Assembly: GCF_000020385.1 (NCBI RefSeq)
Contig: NC_010814.1
Location: forward strand, 3,570,001 to 3,602,000
Length of the DNA: 32,000 nt
Direction: 5' to 3'
Source: Trichlorobacter lovleyi SZ
GTDB taxonomy: Bacteria > Desulfobacterota > Desulfuromonadia > Geobacterales > Pseudopelobacteraceae
Each line of letters opens with the position of its first letter. The stretch's first letter is position 1. The position numbers were made by a program, and so were the translations under genes. Positions 16,806-25,324 of this stretch are shown here, in pieces. The notes under the pieces are model-generated. The model did no database searches, had not been told where the DNA came from, and saw only the letters and a program-made list of their open reading frames with translations.

Positions 16806-18020
16806 CTAAAACACTTCGCCTTTCCAGGCTTCATACTGATCAGCAGTCGGATCCATCGACTTACCGTTCGCATCTTTCCCCAAAAATTTAAAGACAAGGT
16901 GGCTGGGATCAAGAATGCCTCCTTCAGTTATAGGATCAAAAGTACCTCCGTTGGTATCTGCCTTTTGACGTAGCGTAAAGGTCAGGGTTGCCTGTCGGGT
17001 TGTCGGATCATAGGAGACACTTTTGGGAAGATAAGGCACCGAGGTATCCCGTGCGCTGTATAATCCATTGTTGTAGAGACCTGTGGTACCACCAGATGCC
17101 TTGCTGATCCGCCAGTTCAGCGGGTCCACCACTGAGCTGATATCCATTTCTGAATCAAAGGCAAATTTTACGGTAAAGTCTTTAGTTGCACTGGGCTCCA
17201 TAAACGCCGACGAAAGTGCCACCAGATTCACAGCCGACAAATCAAGCTTCAAAGAGCTCTTGGTACTGTTGTAGTAGGAAATCTTTGGCTGCTTGATCTC
17301 TGCAGCCAGCTCTTCAGCTGAGAGCAACGAATCTGACGTGGCAATTTCAGTCAGCGTATCAACAATTTCCTGGGCCTTGTCCTTTTCTCCAAGCCCTGCG
17401 TACGCCCTGCCGAGTTCAAGCAGAGCCGGCGAAAAATCTGCCTTGAGATCTGTGGCCTTTTGAAGTGCCTCAACTGCTTCGTCGTATTTTTCCTGTCCGT
17501 TCAGCGCCATTCCCAAGGCATAATAACCGTTGCCGTCCTTGGGCTCCAGCTTGATAACCTGCCGGAAATTGGCCTCGGCCGAAGTATAATCCCCATTTTG
17601 AGCCTGTAACTGACCCAGCATGTAATATGCCAAGGTGTTCTGATTATTCTGTTTAATGCCGTCCTTGAGAACCTTTTCAGCCTCGCTCTTCTGACCATTA
17701 TCAATATAGACACCAGCCAGAGTGGTGTAAACCGTATCCTGGGTCTTATCCACCTTCAGAGACATCTTGTAGGCATCAATCGCCTCTTTACGCTTACCCA
17801 GGCGGGCATAAGCATCGCCCTGATACGTATAAGCCTCGGTAAGATCGGGCTGCATGGCAGCGGCCTGCCTGAAAGCTGAGGCGGCCTCGCTGTACTTCTG
17901 GCTCTGCATCAGATTGATACCACTCGAAAGCAAGGTATTAGCGACATTTGTGCGAAGGTCTGCTGCAGAAGTCAGCGCAGAAAACATTTTCTGTACGTTA
18001 TCTGAAAAATCAAATGCCAT
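16806..18020 (-). CDS. TPR-repeat protein with C-terminal Ig-like/beta-sandwich domain, apparently co-transcribed with flaF
   Basis: About six TPR units span aa 30-235, for example YSEAASAFRQAAAMQPDLTEAYTYQGDAY and YDEAVEALQKATDLKADFSPALLELGRAY. The S/T/G-rich beta-type C-terminus contains DPLNWRISKASGGTTGLYN and SVSYDPTTRQATLTFTL. No signal peptide is present. Confidence 0.75.
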   Translation of the reverse strand: MAFDFSDNVQKMFSALTSAADLRTNVANTLLSSGINLMQSQKYSEAASAFRQAAAMQPDLTEAYTYQGDAYARLGKRKEAIDAYKMSLKVDKTQDTVYTTLAGVYIDNGQKSEAEKVLKDGIKQNNQNTLAYYMLGQLQAQNGDYTSAEANFRQVIKLEPKDGNGYYALGMALNGQEKYDEAVEALQKATDLKADFSPALLELGRAYAGLGEKDKAQEIVDTLTEIATSDSLLSAEELAAEIKQPKISYYNSTKSSLKLDLSAVNLVALSSAFMEPSATKDFTVKFAFDSEMDISSVVDPLNWRISKASGGTTGLYNNGLYSARDTSVPYLPKSVSYDPTTRQATLTFTLRQKADTNGGTFDPITEGGILDPSHLVFKFLGKDANGKSMDPTADQYEAWKGEVF

Positions 18021-18126
18021 GACTGCCGCCTCCTTCCTCGTATATTTTGCAACCCTACTTCTATTGCGTAATGGGAAACGTCTCGTGTATACTTCGTCTG
18101 TCCGAGCACAGCTACTCTACTTCTAC

Positions 18127-18154
18127 CTATCGGAGTATACCTCGATTTTCTTTA
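18127..18154 (-). promoter_or_regulatory. Sigma28 (FliA)-like promoter candidate for the TPR-flaF unit
   Basis: The minus strand reads TAAA (18151-18154), a 16-nt spacer, then TCCGATAG (18127-18134). The consensus is TAAA-N15-GCCGATAA, so the spacer is one nt longer and the -10 has two mismatches. It lies about 105 nt upstream of the ATG at 18020 and next to the plus-strand ATG at 18156. Confidence 0.3.
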
Positions 18155-18155
18155 C

Positions 18156-20774
18156 ATGAACAGTCCTGCACTTCACAATATTCTGGCCCAGGCCGAGCAG
18201 TTCCATACCGACGGTCGCCTTGAAGAGGCGGCCGACCTGTATCGACGTATTCTCACGATCAAGCCTGGGCTCTCCCGCACCGCCTACAACCTTGGTATAC
18301 TCCTGCTTGAGTTGCAGAATTATCACGGAGCCGGAGCTGCCTTTGAGCAGTGCCTTGCCATTGAACCACACCTGCTTGAGGCACGTCTGAACCATGCCTT
18401 TGCCCTGCAGGAACAGGGCAGAATCACTGACGCACTGACACGCTACCAAACAATAATCAGTACGACCCCCGACTGCATTGAAGCCCGCTTCAATCTGGCC
18501 TGCCTGCAACTCCTGCAAGGCAATCTGTCTGATGGTCTGAACGGTTATGAGCTGCGTTTTTCCACCAATGCTCCGGTTACGGCACGGCATGGCACCATGC
18601 CACTCTGGGACGGCAGCAGCAGACCTGGTCTGCGGCTTTTGATCCATGCCGAGCAGGGCTATGGCGACACCCTGCAGATGCTGCGTTATTTACCAATGCT
18701 GGCAAACGATGGCCTTGAAATCACGCTGGAAGTCCCTGCTCCGCTCTATCGACTCTGTTCACGGATTGACTCAATCCACTGTGTAGAGCGCGGCACCCCG
18801 TTACCGGAACTGGATTACCAACTGCCGATCATGAGCCTGCCGCGAGTTATGAAAGCGACTCTGTCCAGCATACCCGGCACAACCCCTTACCTGACGCCTG
18901 ATCCGGAACTGGTCAGTCAATGGCGGCACCGCCTGCCTGAAGCAGGCGGTCTGCGGGTCGGACTGGCCTGGGCCGGGCGGATGGACCTGCCGGTCAACCG
19001 CAAGCGCAGCTGTCCGCCGCCCCTGCTGCAACCACTTCTGGCAACCGATCGGGTCAGTTTCATCAGTCTGCAGGTTGCAGCACCGGAAGGTTTTCAGCTC
19101 AGCGATCCACGTCTGCTTGATTGCAGTGCCGATCTGACTGACTTCGACCAGACGGCAGCCCTGATTGCCACCCTTGATCTGGTCATCACCATTGACAGCG
19201 CTGTGGCGCATCTGGCCGGCGCCCTGGGTGTACCGACCTGGTTAATGCTGCCGACAGTGCCAGACTGGCGCTGGCTGCTTGAGCGCAATGACTCTCCCTG
19301 GTATCCGGAGATGCAGCTTTTCCGGCAACCGGCGCCGGGCGCCTGGGAAACGGTGATTTCAACGATAACTGAGCAGCTCTCCACTGCCTGCTCACCACGC
19401 ATCTGGTGCTATCACGACGGCCGGGATTTTCATAACAATCTGACAGCAACCCGCCCCACCCCGTTGAGCGACCGTTCTCAATGGCCCGCCCTGGGACTAC
19501 GTGAAGCCGATTCACCGGTTGCAGCTGACTGGCTGCTGTTCCCCTATTACCTTGAACATCTTGCCGAATACCACACCATTGAGGGGATGTGGCATTTCCT
19601 TGAACAGCTACCCTGGTTTAAAGAACGCCAGGAACATCATATCCTGTTCAGTGACCATGACTGTGAGGCACCCTATCACTCCAGCGCGCACTGGTTCAGG
19701 GCCAGTGTCCACCCCCGCCGCCATGATCCTGCTGTTTGCGTCATCCCCTATCAGGTTGCAGTACCGCCGGAGCAGCTCCACTTTGATCTGTCCCGCATCC
19801 GGCACCACGTCAGCTTTGCCGGCTTTCTGGGGCTGTTGCGGGAGCGTGCACCAATGCTGAACGGAGTAATTGCCGAACCGCGCCTGGTCCATATGTTTGA
19901 TCTGACCACCTCGTTCCATCTGCACCAGGCCACCGAAGTCCGGGAACAACGGCGTCAACGCTATCTTGAGATTTCCAGCGCATCCATCTGCATCCTCTGC
20001 CCACGGGGAGACGGCAGCTCTTCGATCCGTTTTTTTGAGGCCCTGGCGCTGGGCAGGATCGCGGTGGTACAGGAACCGGTTTTACTCCCCTTCAGTGACC
20101 GGATCGACTATACGCGTTTTGTGATCAGCATACCCCGGGACCGGCTGGATCAGGCCGGGACCATTATTTTCAACTGGCTTGCCGCCCTTGGTGACGAGGA
20201 ACTGCTCCAGCGCTGCCGGGAGGCACGCTTTGCCTGGGAACAACACCTTTCTCCCGCTGCACTGCCACGGGGAGTTGTCCGCCAGCTCAACCGGCAGATG
20301 CTTGCCCGCCCCTCCAAATGGCCGGAAGCGCTGCCCGGCCATGACCGTGATGGCTGGCAACAACAGATGAACCGGGCCGCCGTCCTGTTACTGAAAGGGA
20401 AACCGCTCGAAGCACGACAGCAGCTGGCTGCGGCCCTGCAGATCAACCCGCGTTCCGCCCTGCTGCAGGTCACCATGGGCGGTATTGAACAGGAGCTGGG
20501 TAACGACCGCTCTGCCGAGGCATATCTGCTGGACGCCATCCAGTATGACCATCGCTGTTATGATGCCTATCTGCTGTTGGCCGGCCTCCTGGCGCGAACC
20601 AACCGGCCGGTTGAGGCCGTGGGGCGTTTCTACCAGGCCAGTCTGATCCGCCCTGCCGAGCTGCTGCCCTACCAGCTGGCCCAGCCCCTGCTACTGCAGC
20701 TTGGTCGCCAGGATGAGGCCACCTACTGCCAGGAACAGATTACACTGCTGAGCGGTAGCGGGGCTGCAGCATGA
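18156..20774 (+). CDS. Multidomain protein: TPR - GT9-like (heptosyltransferase-fold) - exostosin/GT47-like - TPR
   Basis: Approximate domains:
- aa 1-125: TPR.
- aa 130-410: GT-B module with LLIHAEQGYGDTLQMLRY, IDSAVAHLAGALGVPTW, VPDWRW, PWYPEMQLFRQP.
- aa 455-705: exostosin-type block ICILCPRGDGSSSIRFFEALALGRIAVVQEPVLLPFSDRIDYTRFVISIP.
- aa 735-860: TPR.
The stop overlaps the next ATG (ATGA at 20771-20774). Confidence 0.75.
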   Translation: MNSPALHNILAQAEQFHTDGRLEEAADLYRRILTIKPGLSRTAYNLGILLLELQNYHGAGAAFEQCLAIEPHLLEARLNHAFALQEQGRITDALTRYQTIISTTPDCIEARFNLACLQLLQGNLSDGLNGYELRFSTNAPVTARHGTMPLWDGSSRPGLRLLIHAEQGYGDTLQMLRYLPMLANDGLEITLEVPAPLYRLCSRIDSIHCVERGTPLPELDYQLPIMSLPRVMKATLSSIPGTTPYLTPDPELVSQWRHRLPEAGGLRVGLAWAGRMDLPVNRKRSCPPPLLQPLLATDRVSFISLQVAAPEGFQLSDPRLLDCSADLTDFDQTAALIATLDLVITIDSAVAHLAGALGVPTWLMLPTVPDWRWLLERNDSPWYPEMQLFRQPAPGAWETVISTITEQLSTACSPRIWCYHDGRDFHNNLTATRPTPLSDRSQWPALGLREADSPVAADWLLFPYYLEHLAEYHTIEGMWHFLEQLPWFKERQEHHILFSDHDCEAPYHSSAHWFRASVHPRRHDPAVCVIPYQVAVPPEQLHFDLSRIRHHVSFAGFLGLLRERAPMLNGVIAEPRLVHMFDLTTSFHLHQATEVREQRRQRYLEISSASICILCPRGDGSSSIRFFEALALGRIAVVQEPVLLPFSDRIDYTRFVISIPRDRLDQAGTIIFNWLAALGDEELLQRCREARFAWEQHLSPAALPRGVVRQLNRQMLARPSKWPEALPGHDRDGWQQQMNRAAVLLLKGKPLEARQQLAAALQINPRSALLQVTMGGIEQELGNDRSAEAYLLDAIQYDHRCYDAYLLLAGLLARTNRPVEAVGRFYQASLIRPAELLPYQLAQPLLLQLGRQDEATYCQEQITLLSGSGAAA

Positions 20775-23700
20775 ACCGCCACCAGCGTCCTAAAGGTTCA
20801 GTCGCTGTCTGGTATCGTCTCGGCACCCGGCAACTCCGGCAGAATCGCCCGGATGACGCGGCTGCGAGCTTTCGTCAGGCGCTGGCACAGGATCCGATGC
20901 TGGCGGCAGCCTGGCACAACCTGGCCCACGCCTGTCAGCAGATGCGCCAGTATGATCACGCCCTGGTCAGCTACCGCCGGGCCTTGCAGTACTGTCCCAA
21001 TGATGCCTGCAGTCTCAACAACCTGGGCGTACTGCTCCGGGAGCTGGGACGCCTGGATGAATCACTGCAGGTTCTGGGACAGCTTGTCAGCCTCTACCCT
21101 GATGACGGCGACGGCCACTGGAACCTGGCGCTCTCCCTGTTGATGACCCGACGCTACCCTGAAGGCTGGCAGGAGTATGAATGGCGCTTCCGCCGGACTC
21201 TCCCGGTCCGGGTCCATGATCCCGGCAGCCCCCGCTGGCAGGGTGAAGCGTTGGAGGGGAAAACCATCCTGCTCTGCTGTGAACAGGCCTATGGCGACAG
21301 CATTCAATTTGTACGCTTTGCCGCCGGCCTTGCCGATTGGGGCGCCACGGTGCTGCTGCACTGTCCGGACCAGTCCCTGGCGCAGCTTCTTGCCGGTGCG
21401 CCGGGGGTCAGCCGGACCATGACCCCGGATGAACCGTTGCCGCCGCATGACTGCTGGTCTCCTCTGCTCAGCCTGCCGCTTTATCTGCAGACCAGTCAGG
21501 AAAGTATTCCGGCCTGCCCCTACCTGTTTGCCGGGAAAACCGCCAGCCAACCGGTACTATCCGGCACCGGCCTCAAGGTCGGTCTGGTCTGGTCCGGCCG
21601 CAGCACAGACCCGCAGCGGGCCTGCCCCGTGCAACTGCTGGCACCATTGGCGCGCTTTTCAAGGCAGGTCACGTTTTTTTCGCTCCAGCTGAACAGCACC
21701 CGCCATGACCTTGATCTGTTGCAGCACCTCTTGGGAATCATCGATCTGGCGCCGCACCTGAGCGATTTTCAGGCCACTGCAGGGATCATGCAGCAGCTTG
21801 ACCTGATCATCAGCATTGACAGTGCCCCGGCCCACCTGGCCGGTGCACTGGGACGGGAGACCTGGCTGCTGCTGCATCAGGCCCCTGACTGGCGCTGGGG
21901 CCTCCAGCACGCAGATTCAGACTGGTACCCCACCATGCGGCTCTTCCGCCAGCCGGCAGGTGAGTCGTGGCAACCGGTGATTGATCAAGTGGTCGAAGCC
22001 CTGGAGCAGCGGCTCAACAGCAGCGCCGCCAGCATTCCGGTTGCGGACACCGGCGACCTGCTGACACTGGGGGACCGCTTGCGTGAGCAGGAACAGTGGA
22101 GCGCAGCGCACCATCTCTACCGGCTGGCTGCCTGGCTGGCACCGAACAACTACCGTGCAGCGCTCTGTGCAGGCGGATGCCTGATGTTTCTCAATCGTCC
22201 TGACGAGGCAGCCACCTGGTTCCGGCAGGCCATTGCATTAAACCCGGAAGTGGCTGATGCCCATATCAATCTGGGCATGGCCTTGCTGAGCAGCGGCAAC
22301 CTGCAGGAAGGCTGGCGCGAGTTTGAATGGCGCAGCTGTGCCATCACCGCGCAGCTGCCCCCTATTCCCGCCCTGCCGGTCATACCGCCCAACAGCCGTC
22401 TTGACGGTACGACGGTCCTTATCCATGCCGAACAGGGATTGGGCGACCTGCTGCAGTTCGCCCGCTACCTGCCGCTGCTGGCAACAACCGGGGCGCAGAT
22501 TATCGTCAGTGTCCCGGCCGTGATGCAACGCCTGATAGCCGGTCTGACCGGCGTCAGCCGGGCCGTCTCCCATGGCGAACTGCTGCCTGAGGCTGACTAT
22601 CAGCTCCCGCTGCTTTCCCTGCCGGAATGTCTGTCAGAGCTGGTGCCCGCCATCCCTGTCCAGGTACCGTACCTGTTGCCTGATCCAGCCCTGCAAGCGG
22701 CATGGCAGTCACAGCTTGCCGACAACGGCGTACTCAAGGTCGGCCTGATCTGGCGCGGCAGCAATCTGGGGAAAAGCGGTTACAGCAGGGCTCTGACCAC
22801 AGAACTGCTGCGTCCCCTGACAGAGGTGGAACAGACCACCTGCTACAGCCTGCAACTTGGCGCCAGCAGCGAAGAGCTGTCCCAACTGCCCGGCATCATT
22901 GATCTGGCACCGCAGATTACTGATTTTGCCGATACGGCGGCCATCATGGTCAATCTTGATCTGGTGATCAGTGTCGATACCTCCACCGCCCACCTGGCCG
23001 GTGCCCTGGGCTGCCGCTGCTGGGTACCGCTCCTGTTTGCGCCTGACTGGCGCTGGTATCCGTTGCATGACCAAGGCAGCCGCTGGTATCCCTCCCTGAC
23101 CACTTTCCGCCAGCATATACCCGGCCGGTGGCAGCCGGTTATGGCTGAACTTGCCGCTGCCCTGCAGGGTGAGGCGTTATTGTACCAAGGGCACCAACTT
23201 GGCAGGACGGGCAGAAGGGAAGAAGCAATTGAAAAATTCCGGGCAGCGGCTGTACTCCCAGACAGAAACGGGCCCGCCTTTTTGAATCTCGGCATCTACC
23301 TGCGGGCCGATGGTAAGCTACTACAGGCAAAAGAGGCCTTACTGCAGGCGACCCAGGCAGATCCGGGCTACCCGGAGGCCTGGCAAAACCTGGGACTGAC
23401 CCATCAGGGACTGGGAGAACTGCCTGAGGCCTATACCTGCCTGAAACGGGCACTGACCCTCAGACCTGACTACAGCACTGCCCGCTGGAACCTGGGGCTA
23501 CTGCAACTATTGTTGGGGGAATACCGGCCTGGATTTGAAAATTTCGAAGCGCGTTTCACCAAACTTGGAGCCGTGGCCCGGCTGCACAACACCATCCCGG
23601 CCTGGGACGGCACTTCATATCCCGGCAAAACAATCCTGATTCATGCGGAACAGGGCTACGGTGACACTCTTCAGTTCGTACGCTTCATTCCGATGGTCAC

Positions 23701-24409
23701 TGAAAGGGTGGGGAAAGTGATCCTTGAGGTGCAGGATAACGCCTTGCGTGAACTCTGCCAAAGCGTACCAGGGGTTACAACAACCATTGTACGAGGTGAG
23801 ACGCTACCGGCAATTGACTGCCAGGCCCCGCTGCTATCGCTCCCCCGGCTGCTGAAAATCTCATTAGAGACGCTGCCGCACAAGATTCCGTACCTGACTG
23901 CCGATAAACAAAAAACAGGGTACTGGGAGAGCAGACTCCCCCATGATGGCCGACGCAGGATCGGCATCTGCTGGAAAGGACGGCCAACACCCGACCCGCA
24001 GCGCTCAATCCCGTTTGATGAGTTGCGACCTCTTTTTGAGCTGGCAGGAACCTGCTGGATCTCGCTGCAGGCGGAGCAGGACCAGACCGCTCGCCTCCCG
24101 GAGGTGATGATTGACCTTAGCAATGAGATTAACGATTTCTCCGATACCGCAGCGATTATGGGCTATCTGGACCTGGTGATCAGCATTGACTCGGCGGTAG
24201 CTCATCTGGCCGGTGCCCTGGGGGCACCCGGCATCGTGCTGCTCCCCTTTGCACCTGACTGGCGCTGGGCCCTGGATCAACCCCACAGCCCCTGGTATCC
24301 GGGATTGCAACTGTTCCGGCAACCGGCCCCGGGAGCATGGAAACCGGTAATTACGGCCCTGTGCAACGCCCTGACACAACCATCTCCTGCCGAGGCATCA
24401 CGTGGATAA
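20771..24409 (+). CDS. Protein with three tandem TPR + GT9-like glycosyltransferase modules (1212 aa)
   Basis: Motifs recur three times:
- EQAYGDSIQFVRF, EQGLGDLLQFARY and EQGYGDTLQFVRF at aa 171, 554, 960.
- IDSAPAHLAGALG, VDTSTAHLAGALG and IDSAVAHLAGALG at aa 349, 735, 1139.
- APDWRW at aa 371, 757, 1161.
- WYP....FRQ at aa 385, 772, 1175.
Each module is preceded by 3-4 TPR-like repeats. Confidence 0.8.
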   Translation: MNRHQRPKGSVAVWYRLGTRQLRQNRPDDAAASFRQALAQDPMLAAAWHNLAHACQQMRQYDHALVSYRRALQYCPNDACSLNNLGVLLRELGRLDESLQVLGQLVSLYPDDGDGHWNLALSLLMTRRYPEGWQEYEWRFRRTLPVRVHDPGSPRWQGEALEGKTILLCCEQAYGDSIQFVRFAAGLADWGATVLLHCPDQSLAQLLAGAPGVSRTMTPDEPLPPHDCWSPLLSLPLYLQTSQESIPACPYLFAGKTASQPVLSGTGLKVGLVWSGRSTDPQRACPVQLLAPLARFSRQVTFFSLQLNSTRHDLDLLQHLLGIIDLAPHLSDFQATAGIMQQLDLIISIDSAPAHLAGALGRETWLLLHQAPDWRWGLQHADSDWYPTMRLFRQPAGESWQPVIDQVVEALEQRLNSSAASIPVADTGDLLTLGDRLREQEQWSAAHHLYRLAAWLAPNNYRAALCAGGCLMFLNRPDEAATWFRQAIALNPEVADAHINLGMALLSSGNLQEGWREFEWRSCAITAQLPPIPALPVIPPNSRLDGTTVLIHAEQGLGDLLQFARYLPLLATTGAQIIVSVPAVMQRLIAGLTGVSRAVSHGELLPEADYQLPLLSLPECLSELVPAIPVQVPYLLPDPALQAAWQSQLADNGVLKVGLIWRGSNLGKSGYSRALTTELLRPLTEVEQTTCYSLQLGASSEELSQLPGIIDLAPQITDFADTAAIMVNLDLVISVDTSTAHLAGALGCRCWVPLLFAPDWRWYPLHDQGSRWYPSLTTFRQHIPGRWQPVMAELAAALQGEALLYQGHQLGRTGRREEAIEKFRAAAVLPDRNGPAFLNLGIYLRADGKLLQAKEALLQATQADPGYPEAWQNLGLTHQGLGELPEAYTCLKRALTLRPDYSTARWNLGLLQLLLGEYRPGFENFEARFTKLGAVARLHNTIPAWDGTSYPGKTILIHAEQGYGDTLQFVRFIPMVTERVGKVILEVQDNALRELCQSVPGVTTTIVRGETLPAIDCQAPLLSLPRLLKISLETLPHKIPYLTADKQKTGYWESRLPHDGRRRIGICWKGRPTPDPQRSIPFDELRPLFELAGTCWISLQAEQDQTARLPEVMIDLSNEINDFSDTAAIMGYLDLVISIDSAVAHLAGALGAPGIVLLPFAPDWRWALDQPHSPWYPGLQLFRQPAPGAWKPVITALCNALTQPSPAEASRG

Positions 24410-25259
24410 GCATCCTGACTGGGAAACGTACTGGAGTACGACGGAATTCAGTCCGCTCACCGGTACAAATTTTTTTACTCAGATATTCAATGTCTTTGTC
24501 CCGGAAGTACAGGGGCAGTTGACAGCAATGGAAATCGGCTGTTTTCCCGGACGTTTCATTGAGTACATCGGTCAAAAAGGTTATGTCATCAGCGGCATTG
24601 ATACCTGTCCAAAGGTGCTTGGCCTCAACCAGCTCTTTCGCGAGAGGGGATTGCGGGTAGGTGCTTTTTCCAACGTCGATCTCGATGATTTTTTCGGCCG
24701 CTTCGGCCTGGTTCTTTCGGTTGGTTTTATTGAGCATTTTGCCAATTGGCCCAGGATCATCATGAAGCATATCGAATGTACCAAACCCGGTGGAAGAATC
24801 ATTATCAATTGCCCGAACTTTGCGACCCCACTGCAGAGAGCGATGCATCAGACGGTAGACAAGGGGAATAGTGATCACCATGTCCTTTCCGCAATGTATC
24901 CGGCATTGTGGGGGGCATTTCTGAGACTGGTCGGGATGGACCTGCTGTATTGTGATTATATCGGTCCGTTTCAATTCTGGACCGAAACATGCCTGCATCC
25001 CGACAGCAATGAGTACAAACTGCAGCAAGCATTTCAGTCTGCCGGCAACTGGTTGCATAAAATCAAGGGAGAATTTGAGGCAAAGGAGTCAGGCTATTGC
25101 CTGGCAGTTGCAGACAGGCCCCGGGATTGGGTAGCCGACAATGACAGGATTGAAGCGCTCTGTTCTGAATTTCAGACTCTTGCAACGCTGCTTGACCTGA
25201 AAGACCAGCTGCTTGCCGATCAGCTGCGACACGCGTTTAAAACGGCAATACCGATCTAG
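24402..25259 (+). CDS. Class I SAM-dependent methyltransferase
   Basis: Motif I-like AMEIGCFPGRFIEYIGQKGYVISGID, later GGRIIINCPNF. GTG start at 24402 has GAGG 6 nt upstream and overlaps the previous gene by 8 nt. The 235-aa antisense ORF was rejected. Confidence 0.7.
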   Translation: MDKHPDWETYWSTTEFSPLTGTNFFTQIFNVFVPEVQGQLTAMEIGCFPGRFIEYIGQKGYVISGIDTCPKVLGLNQLFRERGLRVGAFSNVDLDDFFGRFGLVLSVGFIEHFANWPRIIMKHIECTKPGGRIIINCPNFATPLQRAMHQTVDKGNSDHHVLSAMYPALWGAFLRLVGMDLLYCDYIGPFQFWTETCLHPDSNEYKLQQAFQSAGNWLHKIKGEFEAKESGYCLAVADRPRDWVADNDRIEALCSEFQTLATLLDLKDQLLADQLRHAFKTAIPI

Positions 25260-25324
25260 GCCAAGCCCCACAGATACAGGACAGAGTACCACTCTCATTT
25301 TTCTTCACTCATGACAGGGGCCAT

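Noticed and set aside
20771-24409. The triplicated module as a recent tandem duplication or assembly artefact
   Set aside because: Nucleotide sequences of the three modules differ throughout, even within conserved motifs. For example, the codons for DSAxAHLAGALG differ at many synonymous positions. The repeat is therefore ancient and in-frame, not a collapsed or expanded assembly repeat.
24351-25058. 235-aa minus-strand ORF
   Set aside because: It is antisense to the methyltransferase gene, which has a SAM motif I and sits in an operon with overlapping starts and stops. The minus product is not recognisable.
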